A DNA stretch of 64,000 nucleotides from positions 8,998 to 72,997 of the forward strand of contig MFDN01000008.1 of the NCBI GenBank assembly GCA_001776935.1, in the 5' to 3' direction. The translations under genes were made by a program, and so were the position numbers. Below are positions 32,410 through 41,802 of the stretch, piece by piece. How positions within the stretch are numbered: position 1 is the stretch's first letter; the number at the start of each line of letters is the position of its first letter. The DNA is from Candidatus Daviesbacteria bacterium RIFCSPLOWO2_01_FULL_39_23 (GTDB lineage Bacteria > Patescibacteriota > Microgenomatia > Daviesbacterales > UBA10151). Under the pieces are notes generated by a model. The model saw nothing but the letters and a program-made list of their open reading frames with translations. It was not told where the DNA came from and made no database searches.

Positions 32410-33519
32410 ATGGCTAACAGATACACAATTGCTGTACTTGGTTCCCACTCTGCTTTGGATGTTTGTCGCGGAGCAAAAGATTTGGGGTTTAAGACTTTAG
32501 TAGTTGTACAAAAAGGCAGGGATAAAACTTATGCAAAATATTATAAAACGCAAAGTGGTAGTCCTTCGGTCGGTTGCGTGGATGAGGTCATTGAGTTAGA
32601 AAAGTTTGCAGATATTATTAAGCCGGAAATACAGGAAGAATTATTAAAAAGAAATTGTATTTTTATTCCCCATAGGTCTTTTGAGGTTTACATTAATGAT
32701 TATGACGCCATAGAAAAAAAGTTTAAAGTTCCGATGTTTGGGAACCGATTTTTACTAAGGTGTGAAGAACGGGGAGTAAAACCAAACCAGTATGACCTCT
32801 TAGATAAAGCAAATATCCGATACCCCAAACAATTCAATCCGCCAGCTGGCGGACCAAAAGATATAGACAGGCTTTGCATTGTTAAAGTTTTGGAAAAGGA
32901 GCGGGGGTTTGAAAGGGCATTTTTCTTTGCAGAATCTTTTGAAGAATATAAAATTGGCGTCACACAGGGGCTTGGCTTAGGAAAATTTACAGAAGCGCAG
33001 ATTAAGGGAGCAATAATAGAGGAATTTATTGTTGGTGTGCAGGTAAATTTTAATTTCTTTTATTCGCCGGTTAACAATCGATTGGAGCTGATTGGAACAG
33101 ATACAAGAAGACAAACTAATATAGAAGGCCTGACAAAATTGCCATCTGTTTATGAAGGAGAGTTGATTAAAAAAATCGGTGTTAAATATGAAGAAGCCGG
33201 GCATATTGCGGTGACTGTTTTGGAATCATTATTGGAAGATGCATTTGCTATGGGGGAGCAATTTGTGGAAGCTTCCAAAGAATTATTTAAGCCGGGAGTA
33301 ATAGGTCCGTTTGGTTTACAAACTATGATTACTGCGGGACCTCCTAAAAAAGAAATTATTGTATTTGATGTCTCACCCAGAATGCCGGGAAGCCCGGGAA
33401 TTTTTGCCACCCCTTACAGTGGGTATTTATACGGACAAAATATCAGCATGGGCAAAAGGGTGGCAATGGAAATAAAAGAAGCAATTGAAGAAAGAGAATT
33501 GGAAAAGGTTCTAACGTAA
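32410..33519 (+). CDS. purP: PurP-like ATP-grasp protein, paralog 2
   Basis: LGSHSALDVCRGAKDLGF, PHRSF, FERAFF, DVSPRMPG, MGKRVAMEIK. Confidence 0.88.
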   Translation: MANRYTIAVLGSHSALDVCRGAKDLGFKTLVVVQKGRDKTYAKYYKTQSGSPSVGCVDEVIELEKFADIIKPEIQEELLKRNCIFIPHRSFEVYINDYDAIEKKFKVPMFGNRFLLRCEERGVKPNQYDLLDKANIRYPKQFNPPAGGPKDIDRLCIVKVLEKERGFERAFFFAESFEEYKIGVTQGLGLGKFTEAQIKGAIIEEFIVGVQVNFNFFYSPVNNRLELIGTDTRRQTNIEGLTKLPSVYEGELIKKIGVKYEEAGHIAVTVLESLLEDAFAMGEQFVEASKELFKPGVIGPFGLQTMITAGPPKKEIIVFDVSPRMPGSPGIFATPYSGYLYGQNISMGKRVAMEIKEAIEERELEKVLT

Positions 33520-33525
33520 TTCTAT

Positions 33526-33618
33526 TGTCATTCTGATCCGCCAGCAACTGCGTAGCTGTGGGCGGAGAAGAATCTCAAGATTAGTCTAGAGATCCTTCAC
33601 TAATCATTCAGGATGACA
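33526..33618. repeat. REP/MITE-like palindromic element, copy 2
   Basis: TGTCATTCTGA...TCAGGATGACA ends; shares a 51-bp arm with 2541-2591. Confidence 0.85.
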
Positions 33619-33625
33619 GATACAT

Positions 33626-35164
33626 ATGAAACAAGAAAAGAAGTTTGCATTAGTAAGTGTTTATGATAAAACCGGAATAGCAGATTTTGCCAGGGTTTTA
33701 GAAAAGGGGGGATATGAAATTATTTCTACCGGCGGCACATTTGAGGTATTAAAAAAAGACGGAATTAAAGTCACTCCCGTTGATGAAATTACCGGTAATC
33801 CAAGAGACTGCTTCGATGGTCGGATGAAAACAATCAGTTTTCAAATAGAATCCGGAATTTTATTTGACCGGGAAAACCCTTCTCATGTTGAGGAGGCGCA
33901 AAAATTAAACGTTCCTAAAATAGACATTGTGGTATGCAATCTTTATCCCTTTGAGGAGAAACCCGGCATTGAAACAATTGATGTGGGAGGACCGACAATG
34001 ATCCGGGCTGCTGCCAAAAATAATGCCAGCGTTTTAGTAGTAGTTGATCCGGCAGATTATGAAGAAGTATCAAAGGTTGTAAAGGTATCAAAAGTATCAA
34101 AGGAATTAAGACAAAAACTGGCTGCCAAAGCTTTTTATCATCTGTCTTTTTATGATTCCCAAATTGGTAAATATTTTTCAGAAGAAGATTTTCCGAAAGA
34201 GGTAACAATACCACTTCGAAAAACTAATGTTTTAAGGTATGGAGAAAATCCTCACCAAAAAGGTGCCTTATATTTAATGCCAAATACAAATTCTCCTTTT
34301 AGTAAGTTAAAGCATCTTTGGGGAAGGGAGCTTTCCGGAACAAATATAGGAGATATTCAGGCAGGTTTAGAAACTGTCAGGCAATTTAATGAAGCAGCTG
34401 CTTGTGTGATAAAACATTTAAGCCCTTGTGGTATTGCTAGAGGATCTGATGCCAGGGAGGCTTTGTATTTTGCAATTGAAGCAGATCCGGTTTCTGCATT
34501 CGGAGGAGTAATTGTTTTAAATAAAGTAATGGATTTGGAGGCTGCAAAAAATGTGGCAACATTTAAAAACGAAAGGGAAGAAAATATAGATATTGTGGCA
34601 GTTCCTGATGTGACCCCTGATGCTTTAGAACTTTTGAAAAAGGTCAGAAAAAGTATGGGAGTCTATACTTTTGGTGAAATTCCCACTGGTAGAAGTGAAC
34701 AGTGGGACTTAAAATATTTTGCAGGGGCTGTACTTTTGCAGGACTTTGATGATAATGTGGAAGAAAGTTTTCAAAACTGGAAAGTTGTGACAAAAATGAA
34801 GCCTTCTGAGAAACAAATGAAACAAATGCAGTTTGGTTTTAAATGCGTCAAAGCTGTCAGGTCCAATGCTGTGATTGTTATTGATAAAGATATTCCTATG
34901 ACTCGCGGGATTGGTTCGGGTCAGACCTCAAGAGTCGGGGCTACCAAAATTGCTTTAGAGCAGGCAGGAGATTTTAATAAAGGGGGAATCTTAATAAGCG
35001 ACAGCTTTTTCCCGTTTGATGACAGTGTGAAGATGGCTGCAAAATATGGAATCGGTGCAATTTTAGAACAAGGGGGTTCAGTCAACGATAAAGCGTCCAC
35101 TGAGGCAGCAGATGAGGCAGGTATCCCAATGGTATTTACCGGAAGGAGGGCATTCAGACACTAA
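33626..35164 (+). CDS. purH: Bifunctional AICAR transformylase/IMP cyclohydrolase
   Basis: SVYDKTG, STGGT, IDVGGPTMIRAAAKN, LRYGENPHQ, IKH, SDSFFPF, RAFRH. Confidence 0.96.
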   Translation: MKQEKKFALVSVYDKTGIADFARVLEKGGYEIISTGGTFEVLKKDGIKVTPVDEITGNPRDCFDGRMKTISFQIESGILFDRENPSHVEEAQKLNVPKIDIVVCNLYPFEEKPGIETIDVGGPTMIRAAAKNNASVLVVVDPADYEEVSKVVKVSKVSKELRQKLAAKAFYHLSFYDSQIGKYFSEEDFPKEVTIPLRKTNVLRYGENPHQKGALYLMPNTNSPFSKLKHLWGRELSGTNIGDIQAGLETVRQFNEAAACVIKHLSPCGIARGSDAREALYFAIEADPVSAFGGVIVLNKVMDLEAAKNVATFKNEREENIDIVAVPDVTPDALELLKKVRKSMGVYTFGEIPTGRSEQWDLKYFAGAVLLQDFDDNVEESFQNWKVVTKMKPSEKQMKQMQFGFKCVKAVRSNAVIVIDKDIPMTRGIGSGQTSRVGATKIALEQAGDFNKGGILISDSFFPFDDSVKMAAKYGIGAILEQGGSVNDKASTEAADEAGIPMVFTGRRAFRH

Positions 35165-36570
35165 TGGAAAGTAAAAAGGAAAAAGTAAAAAGTCAAAATT
35201 ACAGTAGTTATCAAAGTCCATTTGCATGGCGTTACGGATCAGAAAAAATGCGTCAGATTTTTTCTGAAGAATATAAATATAAACTTTGGAGAAAAATATG
35301 GGTATCTTTGGCAAAGGCCCAGGCAAAAGAGGGATTGGTATCAGAAGAAGAGTGGAAAGACTTAGAAAAAAATCAGGACAATTTAGATATTGAAAGAATC
35401 TGGGAGATTGAAAAGGACACCAGACATGATGTGGTGGCCGCGATCAAAGAGTTTGCAGAAAAGGCGAAGGTGGGCGGCGGCAAGATTCACCTGGGTGCAA
35501 CATCTATGGATATTTCTGATAATGCAGAAACCGTAAGGATGCAGGAAGCGCTTATTTTGGTTGAAAAAAATCTTAAAAAACTCATTAAAATCTTTGGAGA
35601 AAAGATAAAAAAATATGCTGATCTTCCCTGTATGGGTTATACACACTTACAAGCAGCTGAACCAACCACACTCGGTTACAGGTTTGCCTTCTATGCCCAG
35701 GATCTTTTGATGGATCTAAAGCTTTTGCAATTTGTTAAGGAGAATTTAAAGAGTAAGGGATTAAAAGGGGCAGTAGGAACTTCAGCAAGCTATGTTAAAT
35801 TGCTTGATGGAAAAAAAGCCAAAGAAATGGAAGAAGGAGTGCTCTCTGAGTTGGGAATAGAAGCAGCTGAAATTACCAGTCAAACAGCCCCAAGAAAAAT
35901 AGAATTTTGGCTGGGAAATTTACTGGCATCTATTGCTCAAAGTCTTAATAAATTTGCATTTGATTTAAGGATTTTGCAGGCTCCTTTTATGAATGAATGG
36001 ATGGAACCTTTTGGCAAAAGCCAGGTTGGTTCGTCTGCCATGCCCTTTAAAAGAAATCCTATAAAGGCAGAACAGATTTGTTCGTTGGCAAGATTAGTTA
36101 TTAATTTATCAAGAACAACCTGGGATAATGCTGCTAATCAGTTACTGGAGCGGACTCTGGATGATTCGGCAAATAGAAGAGTAGTGATTCCGGAAATGTT
36201 TTTAGCAATAGACGAGATAATTGATACTGCAGGTAATTTAGTTGAAGGCCTAAATATTAATGAAATAGTAATTACGAAGAACTTAAAATTTTTCTTTGTT
36301 TTTTCAGCAAGCGAATCAATTATTATAGAAGCAGTTAAAAAGGGTGCGGATAGGCAAGTTGTGCACGAGATATTAAGAGAAATTTCTATGAAGGCCTGGG
36401 AGGCTATGGACAAGGCAGGAGAGATGCAGAAGTTATTATTAGAAAATGCTGAGATTAAAAAATATTTAAATGCAGCAGATTTAAAGAAATTATTAGATGC
36501 TAAAAATCATATTGGAAATGCGCCGCAAAAAGCATTGACTTTGGCTTTGGAGATTGATAAGTTGACTTAA
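35164..36570 (+). CDS. purB: Adenylosuccinate lyase
   Basis: RHDVVA, HLGATS, THLQAAEPTT, GSSAMPFKRNP. Confidence 0.96.
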   Translation: MESKKEKVKSQNYSSYQSPFAWRYGSEKMRQIFSEEYKYKLWRKIWVSLAKAQAKEGLVSEEEWKDLEKNQDNLDIERIWEIEKDTRHDVVAAIKEFAEKAKVGGGKIHLGATSMDISDNAETVRMQEALILVEKNLKKLIKIFGEKIKKYADLPCMGYTHLQAAEPTTLGYRFAFYAQDLLMDLKLLQFVKENLKSKGLKGAVGTSASYVKLLDGKKAKEMEEGVLSELGIEAAEITSQTAPRKIEFWLGNLLASIAQSLNKFAFDLRILQAPFMNEWMEPFGKSQVGSSAMPFKRNPIKAEQICSLARLVINLSRTTWDNAANQLLERTLDDSANRRVVIPEMFLAIDEIIDTAGNLVEGLNINEIVITKNLKFFFVFSASESIIIEAVKKGADRQVVHEILREISMKAWEAMDKAGEMQKLLLENAEIKKYLNAADLKKLLDAKNHIGNAPQKALTLALEIDKLT

Positions 36571-36574
36571 AACT

Positions 36575-37060
36575 ATGTCAAAAAAAGTATTGATATTAAT
36601 GGGTTCGGATTCTGATTTTTCTGTAATGTCGGAAGCGGGAAAAACGTTGGAAGAATTTAACGTAGAATACGAAATCACAGTTTCTTCGGCCCATCGCTCA
36701 CCAGAAAGAACGAAGGAGCTGGTTTCAAAAGCCAAAGACGAGGGAGTCAAAGTTATTATTGCCAGCGCCGGTTTGGCTGCTCATCTGGCAGGGGTGGTGG
36801 CGGCACACTTCCACTTGCCGGTTATTGGTGTACCAATCCAAAGTGGGCCTTTGAGTGGGCTCGATGCACTTTTATCTACCATGCAGATGCCGCCGGGCGT
36901 GCCGGTGGCAACTGTCGCTATAAACGGCGCTAAAAATGCTGCAGTTTTGGCTGTCCAAATATTGGCAACTTCTGACGGGGCTTTAGAAAACTCATTAATA
37001 GAATATAAGAAAAAGTTAGCAGATGCAGTAGAAGAAAAAGCCCGCAACCTTGGAAAATGA
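36575..37060 (+). CDS. purE: N5-CAIR mutase (class I PurE)
   Basis: MGSDSD, SAHRSP, AAHLAG, QMPPGVPVATV. Confidence 0.96.
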   Translation: MSKKVLILMGSDSDFSVMSEAGKTLEEFNVEYEITVSSAHRSPERTKELVSKAKDEGVKVIIASAGLAAHLAGVVAAHFHLPVIGVPIQSGPLSGLDALLSTMQMPPGVPVATVAINGAKNAAVLAVQILATSDGALENSLIEYKKKLADAVEEKARNLGK

Positions 37061-38022
37061 TTGACAAAAAAACTGTTATTGAAAATATTCCTTCTGCCTT
37101 AAAAAGTGTTAATATCCGGAAGTTCGGCAAGAAACACCAGGGAAAAGTCAGGGATAGCTATCAAGTTGGTGAGAAAAGAATTATTATCACAACTGACAGG
37201 CAATCTGCTTTTGATAGGGTTTTAGGTTTTATTCCGTTTAAAGGGCAGGTACTCACTCAAATTTCAAAATTTTGGTTTGAAAAAACAGAAGATATTATCC
37301 AAAATCATCTGATTTCCGTTCCGGATCCAAATGTAATGCTGACTAAAAATTGCAAAGTAATTCCTATTGAAATGGTTGTCCGGGGGTATATTACCGGGGT
37401 TACAGATACTTCTATATGGGGATCTTACGAAAAAGGAGAAAGGATAATTTATGGAATTAAGTTTCCGGAAGGTTTAAGTAAAAATCAAAAATTGCCAGAA
37501 TCCGTGATAACCCCAACTACAAAAGCAGAAGCAGGACATGACGAAAGATTAACAGAAAAAGAAATACTGCAAAAAGAAATTGTTACTCCTAAAATTTGGA
37601 AAGAAATGAAAAAAGCAGCATTGGCTATTTTTGAAAGGGGACAAAAAATCTGTCAAAAAGCCGGGATAATATTGGTTGATACAAAATATGAATTTGGTCT
37701 GGATGAAAAAGGAAAATTAATTTTAGTTGATGAGGTTCATACACCGGATTCTTCAAGGTACTGGATAAAAAAGACTTACAAAGAAAGGTTAAAAAAAGGG
37801 TTGGAACCGGAAAGCTATGATAAGGAGCCTTTAAGAATTTGGTTTAAGGAACAAGGTTACACCGGCAAAGGCAAAATTCCCAAAATGCCTCCCGAATTTA
37901 TTGCCAAAATGAGCATGCTTTATATGAGTATATTTGAAAAAATTACCGGTAAAAAGTTTGTGCCGGATATGAGTAAAAACGTCACAAAAAGGATTAAAGA
38001 TAATTTGTCAGGAGTACTTTAG
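37057..38022 (+). CDS. purC: SAICAR synthetase
   Basis: GKVRD, TDRQSAFD, DTKYEFG, DEVHTPDSSRYW. Confidence 0.96.
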   Translation: MIDKKTVIENIPSALKSVNIRKFGKKHQGKVRDSYQVGEKRIIITTDRQSAFDRVLGFIPFKGQVLTQISKFWFEKTEDIIQNHLISVPDPNVMLTKNCKVIPIEMVVRGYITGVTDTSIWGSYEKGERIIYGIKFPEGLSKNQKLPESVITPTTKAEAGHDERLTEKEILQKEIVTPKIWKEMKKAALAIFERGQKICQKAGIILVDTKYEFGLDEKGKLILVDEVHTPDSSRYWIKKTYKERLKKGLEPESYDKEPLRIWFKEQGYTGKGKIPKMPPEFIAKMSMLYMSIFEKITGKKFVPDMSKNVTKRIKDNLSGVL

Positions 38023-38062
38023 AGTTTGCAAAACTAATTTGAGAAAGATATAATTTTAAGCG

Positions 38063-39043
38063 ATGGCAAATGATAATGGTTTTGTACTTTTAACAGGGAC
38101 TGCAAATTTAAAACTAGCGCAAGATGTTGCCAAAATTTTAGGAAAAAATGTTGACGAAACTGTCAGTGTTTTTGCAGACGGCGAGAAAAGAATTGTTATT
38201 CCTGAGAACCTTCGGAAGAGAGATGTTTTTATAATTCAACCCACCTGCCCTCCTGTTGATGCAAATATTATGGAACTTTTTCTAATAATAGATGCGGCAA
38301 AAAGGTCATCTGCTTCTGAGGTTTCTGCGATTATTCCTTATTTTGGATACTCAAGACAAGACAGAAAAGACAGACCCCGGGTTCCGATTTCTGCATCTAT
38401 TATTGCAAGGCTTATTGAGTATGCGGGAGCAGACAGAATTTTAACTGTTGATATTCATTCCGAACAGGAACCGGGCTTTGTGGAAATTCCGTGGGATAAT
38501 TTATACAGTAGCTATTCATTCCTCCCGTATCTTAAAGGCCAATTTACCTCTAATCTTATTATAGCCTCTCCTGATAAGGGTGGTGTTTTGAAAGCAGCTT
38601 TTTACGCAGATCTGCTTGACGCAGACGGAGTTGCAATAGTTTTCAAAGAAAGGGATGTAATGAAGGCAAACGAAAGCAAAGCTTTAGATATGATTGGTGA
38701 TGTCAAGGATAAAGATGTATTAATAGTTGATGATATGATCGATACGGCCGGGACAATTTGCGATGCTGCAAATTTAATCAAAGAAAGGGGTGCGAAAAAA
38801 GTGGTGGCTTTAGCAACGCATGGACTTTTTTCAGATCCTGCTCCTCAAAGAATTAAAGATTCTTCTTTGGATAAAATTTTCATTACCGATACTGTACCTA
38901 TTAGAAAAGAAATGTTGGAAAATCCAAAATTAGAAGTGATTTCTGTTGCTAAACTTTTAGCAGAAGCTATAAGTTGTATTTATAACGGGGATTCAATCTC
39001 CGAAAAATTAATTCCTAAAACCCACAGAGAAGAGAGAAATTGA
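38063..39043 (+). CDS. prs: Ribose-phosphate pyrophosphokinase
   Basis: FADGE, PYFGYSRQDRK, VDDMIDTAGT, ATHGLFS; promoter TTGCAA-17-TATAAT at 38026-38054. Confidence 0.96.
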   Translation: MANDNGFVLLTGTANLKLAQDVAKILGKNVDETVSVFADGEKRIVIPENLRKRDVFIIQPTCPPVDANIMELFLIIDAAKRSSASEVSAIIPYFGYSRQDRKDRPRVPISASIIARLIEYAGADRILTVDIHSEQEPGFVEIPWDNLYSSYSFLPYLKGQFTSNLIIASPDKGGVLKAAFYADLLDADGVAIVFKERDVMKANESKALDMIGDVKDKDVLIVDDMIDTAGTICDAANLIKERGAKKVVALATHGLFSDPAPQRIKDSSLDKIFITDTVPIRKEMLENPKLEVISVAKLLAEAISCIYNGDSISEKLIPKTHREERN

Positions 39044-39044
39044 C

Positions 39045-40151
39045 TTAACGTACTCCTAAACTTATAGCGCCAAAAATAACATTTTTATCCTTTATAATAA
39101 CCTGTTTTGGTCCATTTTGAATGACTCCTGTATTCCATGATTTTAAATTATTTTTTTGGGCAATTTCCTGTGCTTTTTCTACTTGAATAGGAGGTAAATA
39201 TACTGCAAAGCCTGCGCCCATGTTGAAATTGCCGTACATGTCTTCGTCAGTGCTGCCTGAGTTATTTTGAATAAAATCAAAAATCGGAGTGATGGGAGGT
39301 GTTTGAGTTATTACGTAACTAAAGTCTTTATTTGCTCTCATTAATTTTCTAAAGCCGTGTCCTGTAATATTGACCATATAATGAATATCAATACCATCTT
39401 CAAACAAATCCTTCACTAAATTTACATATATATGGGAAGGATTAAGCAGTGCGTCTCCGTACATAGTTCCATCGCTTAGCTTGGCTGAATATCCATCAGG
39501 AAGCTTTTGTGCAATTGCCCGTGCTAAAGATAACCCATTTGCATGAATGCCGCTGCTTTCTATTAACAAAATAGCATCTCCGGCCGTAAGTTTTTCTCCA
39601 AGGATGAGTCTTTCCTTTGGTTTGATAATACCAATGCAGGAGCCCACAAGGTCTAAAGTATCCGGGTTTATAATGCCGGAAAGTCCTGGAGTTTCGCCGC
39701 CGCCCCAGGTTGCGCCTGCCAAATTGCAGGCTTTTGCCCATCCTTCAATCAGGGCTTTTGAACGTGCAGTATCCGAAAACCATGCCGGCCCGCCAGAACC
39801 GAAATAGGCATTGATCACCTGCGGCATGGCGCCCACCGTTATAATGTCATTAACAATTGCTGCCACGGTATCCTGTGCAATTTGTCCGTAGTACTCTTTA
39901 CCGGTAATTTTACTCATGTCATCTGCCACTAAATTTTTAGTACCCAAACCCTCAATTACAAAAGCCCGGAAAGCATCGCTTTCCTCCCAAACAAAAGCAG
40001 ATTCGCCGCGGCTTTGTGTTATCTCTTTGAAGTTAAAGTTTAAAAGATTTTGAGAAGTTTGTTTGCCTGCATTTTGCGCCAGTTTTTTTAGAGGATCCAT
40101 CACATCGTAATTTACGCCTGTTTGTGAGTAGGAAATCTTTGACTTATTCAT
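39045..40151 (-). CDS. purM: AIR synthetase
   Basis: EGLGTK, VNDI, GGET, SSGIHANG, NITGHG, NFNMGAG. Confidence 0.93.
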   Translation of the reverse strand: MNKSKISYSQTGVNYDVMDPLKKLAQNAGKQTSQNLLNFNFKEITQSRGESAFVWEESDAFRAFVIEGLGTKNLVADDMSKITGKEYYGQIAQDTVAAIVNDIITVGAMPQVINAYFGSGGPAWFSDTARSKALIEGWAKACNLAGATWGGGETPGLSGIINPDTLDLVGSCIGIIKPKERLILGEKLTAGDAILLIESSGIHANGLSLARAIAQKLPDGYSAKLSDGTMYGDALLNPSHIYVNLVKDLFEDGIDIHYMVNITGHGFRKLMRANKDFSYVITQTPPITPIFDFIQNNSGSTDEDMYGNFNMGAGFAVYLPPIQVEKAQEIAQKNNLKSWNTGVIQNGPKQVIIKDKNVIFGAISLGVR

Positions 40152-40179
40152 CCTGTTAATATACCATAATTGTAGCCTT

Positions 40180-40923
40180 ATGCGAAATTTTTATGCGGCA
40201 ATAATTGCCTTTATTTTTTTTGTTTTTATATTTTCTCCAAATGCGGTACAGGCTGTTAGCGTCCGGGTGCCGATTTTGATGTATCACTACATTGCAAGTA
40301 ATCCAAATCCCTCAGACAGGGCACGGGATTCATTGTCTGTTTCTCCTGATAAATTTGATGCTCAAATGCAATACCTTTTGCAAAACGGCTATACCCCAAT
40401 TAGTTTGGATACCTTGTATGGAATTATTTATGGCCATGCATCAAAGCCTGAAAAACCTGTTGTTTTAACTTTTGATGACGGGTATATAGATTTTTACACA
40501 AATGCTTATCCGATACTTAGGAAATATAATTTTCATGCTGTTTCTTTTATTCCAACAAAACTGATAGGCGGAAGTTATTATATGAGCTGGAATCAAATTA
40601 AAGAAATCGCATCATCGGGGCTGGTTACTTTTGAGGGGCATACGATAACTCATGCTTACTTGCCTTCGCTAAGTTTTTCTGCCGCTTTCAAAGAGCTTAG
40701 TGATTCAAAGAAAATCATAGAAAGTTATACCGGCTACCCTGTGAATTTTATTGCTTATCCCGGCGGTTCCTCTAATGGGAATACTTGGGCTGCTGCACAG
40801 AAGGCAGGATACGTTGGGGGGTTAGGTACCTGGTATGGGAAATCATGGGGGCCATCTATGAATATGCCGAGAATTAAAGTATCTGGTTTATGGAATTTAA
40901 AGGAATTTGCCTCGAGGTTGTAA
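40180..40923 (+). CDS. Secreted polysaccharide deacetylase (CE4)
   Basis: Signal peptide; VPILMYH, LTFDDGY, GHTITH, AYPGG. Confidence 0.92.
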   Translation: MRNFYAAIIAFIFFVFIFSPNAVQAVSVRVPILMYHYIASNPNPSDRARDSLSVSPDKFDAQMQYLLQNGYTPISLDTLYGIIYGHASKPEKPVVLTFDDGYIDFYTNAYPILRKYNFHAVSFIPTKLIGGSYYMSWNQIKEIASSGLVTFEGHTITHAYLPSLSFSAAFKELSDSKKIIESYTGYPVNFIAYPGGSSNGNTWAAAQKAGYVGGLGTWYGKSWGPSMNMPRIKVSGLWNLKEFASRL

Positions 40924-40929
40924 TTTATC

Positions 40930-41802
40930 ATGAGTAAAAAAACTATTTTTCTGCCGGTTGCGTATTTTGCAGTGGTCAGCATATTTTTAATATGGCACGG
41001 GAAATTTTTTTCTCCTGATCAGTTTTTTGCTGCCGCAATATTGATTACTCTTTTTTTAGGAAGATCAAAAGCATTTATAAAGGACTGGTCAGTGCCGGTA
41101 GTGCTTTTGTTAAGTTATGATTATTTAAGGGGGTTGGTTCCTAGTTTGACGCAGGGGGTAAATATTTATCCTATGATAAATTTTGATAAAGCAGTTTTTG
41201 GAAGCTTGCCTACAAACAGCTTGCAATCAGTTTTTTATACAAACGGAACAGTTAACTGGTATGACTATTTAGGAGCAGGACTTTATATGTCGCATTTTAT
41301 AGCGCCTATGTTATTTGGTTTTATCTTTTGGCTAAAAGACAGGGATACATTTCAAAAATATTTTTTATCTTTACTTCTACTCTCTTACGCGGCTTTTTTT
41401 ACTTATATTTTATTTCCTGCTATGCCGCCCTGGATGGCTTCGCAAAAAGGCCTTATCCCGGAAGTTTCCAAAGTTATGGATAGAGTTTTTATAAGCTTGC
41501 CTAAGGCAATAGATCTTCCTTCAGTTTATCAATTTGTCGGCGCTAATTTAGTGGCTGCGGTTCCTTCGTTGCATGCAGCATACCCTTTGCTTACCTTTTT
41601 CTTTTTAGTTAAGAAATTTAAAGCATTGGGTTTTTTAATCCTGCCTTATATTTTAGGAATTTGGTTTTCCATTGTGTATTTTGGGGAACATTATGTCTTT
41701 GATATTGTTGCAGGTGCGCTATATGCTGTGGCTGCTTTTTGTCTTGTGCTGTATTTTCAAAAGATTATCAAAATATTTACTTATGCTAAAATACGCAGAT
41801 GA
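40930..41802 (+). CDS. PAP2-like (AUR1/IPC-synthase-like) membrane phosphoesterase
   Basis: FPAMPPW, AVPSLHAAY, EHYVFDI; several TM helices. Confidence 0.88.
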   Translation: MSKKTIFLPVAYFAVVSIFLIWHGKFFSPDQFFAAAILITLFLGRSKAFIKDWSVPVVLLLSYDYLRGLVPSLTQGVNIYPMINFDKAVFGSLPTNSLQSVFYTNGTVNWYDYLGAGLYMSHFIAPMLFGFIFWLKDRDTFQKYFLSLLLLSYAAFFTYILFPAMPPWMASQKGLIPEVSKVMDRVFISLPKAIDLPSVYQFVGANLVAAVPSLHAAYPLLTFFFLVKKFKALGFLILPYILGIWFSIVYFGEHYVFDIVAGALYAVAAFCLVLYFQKIIKIFTYAKIRR

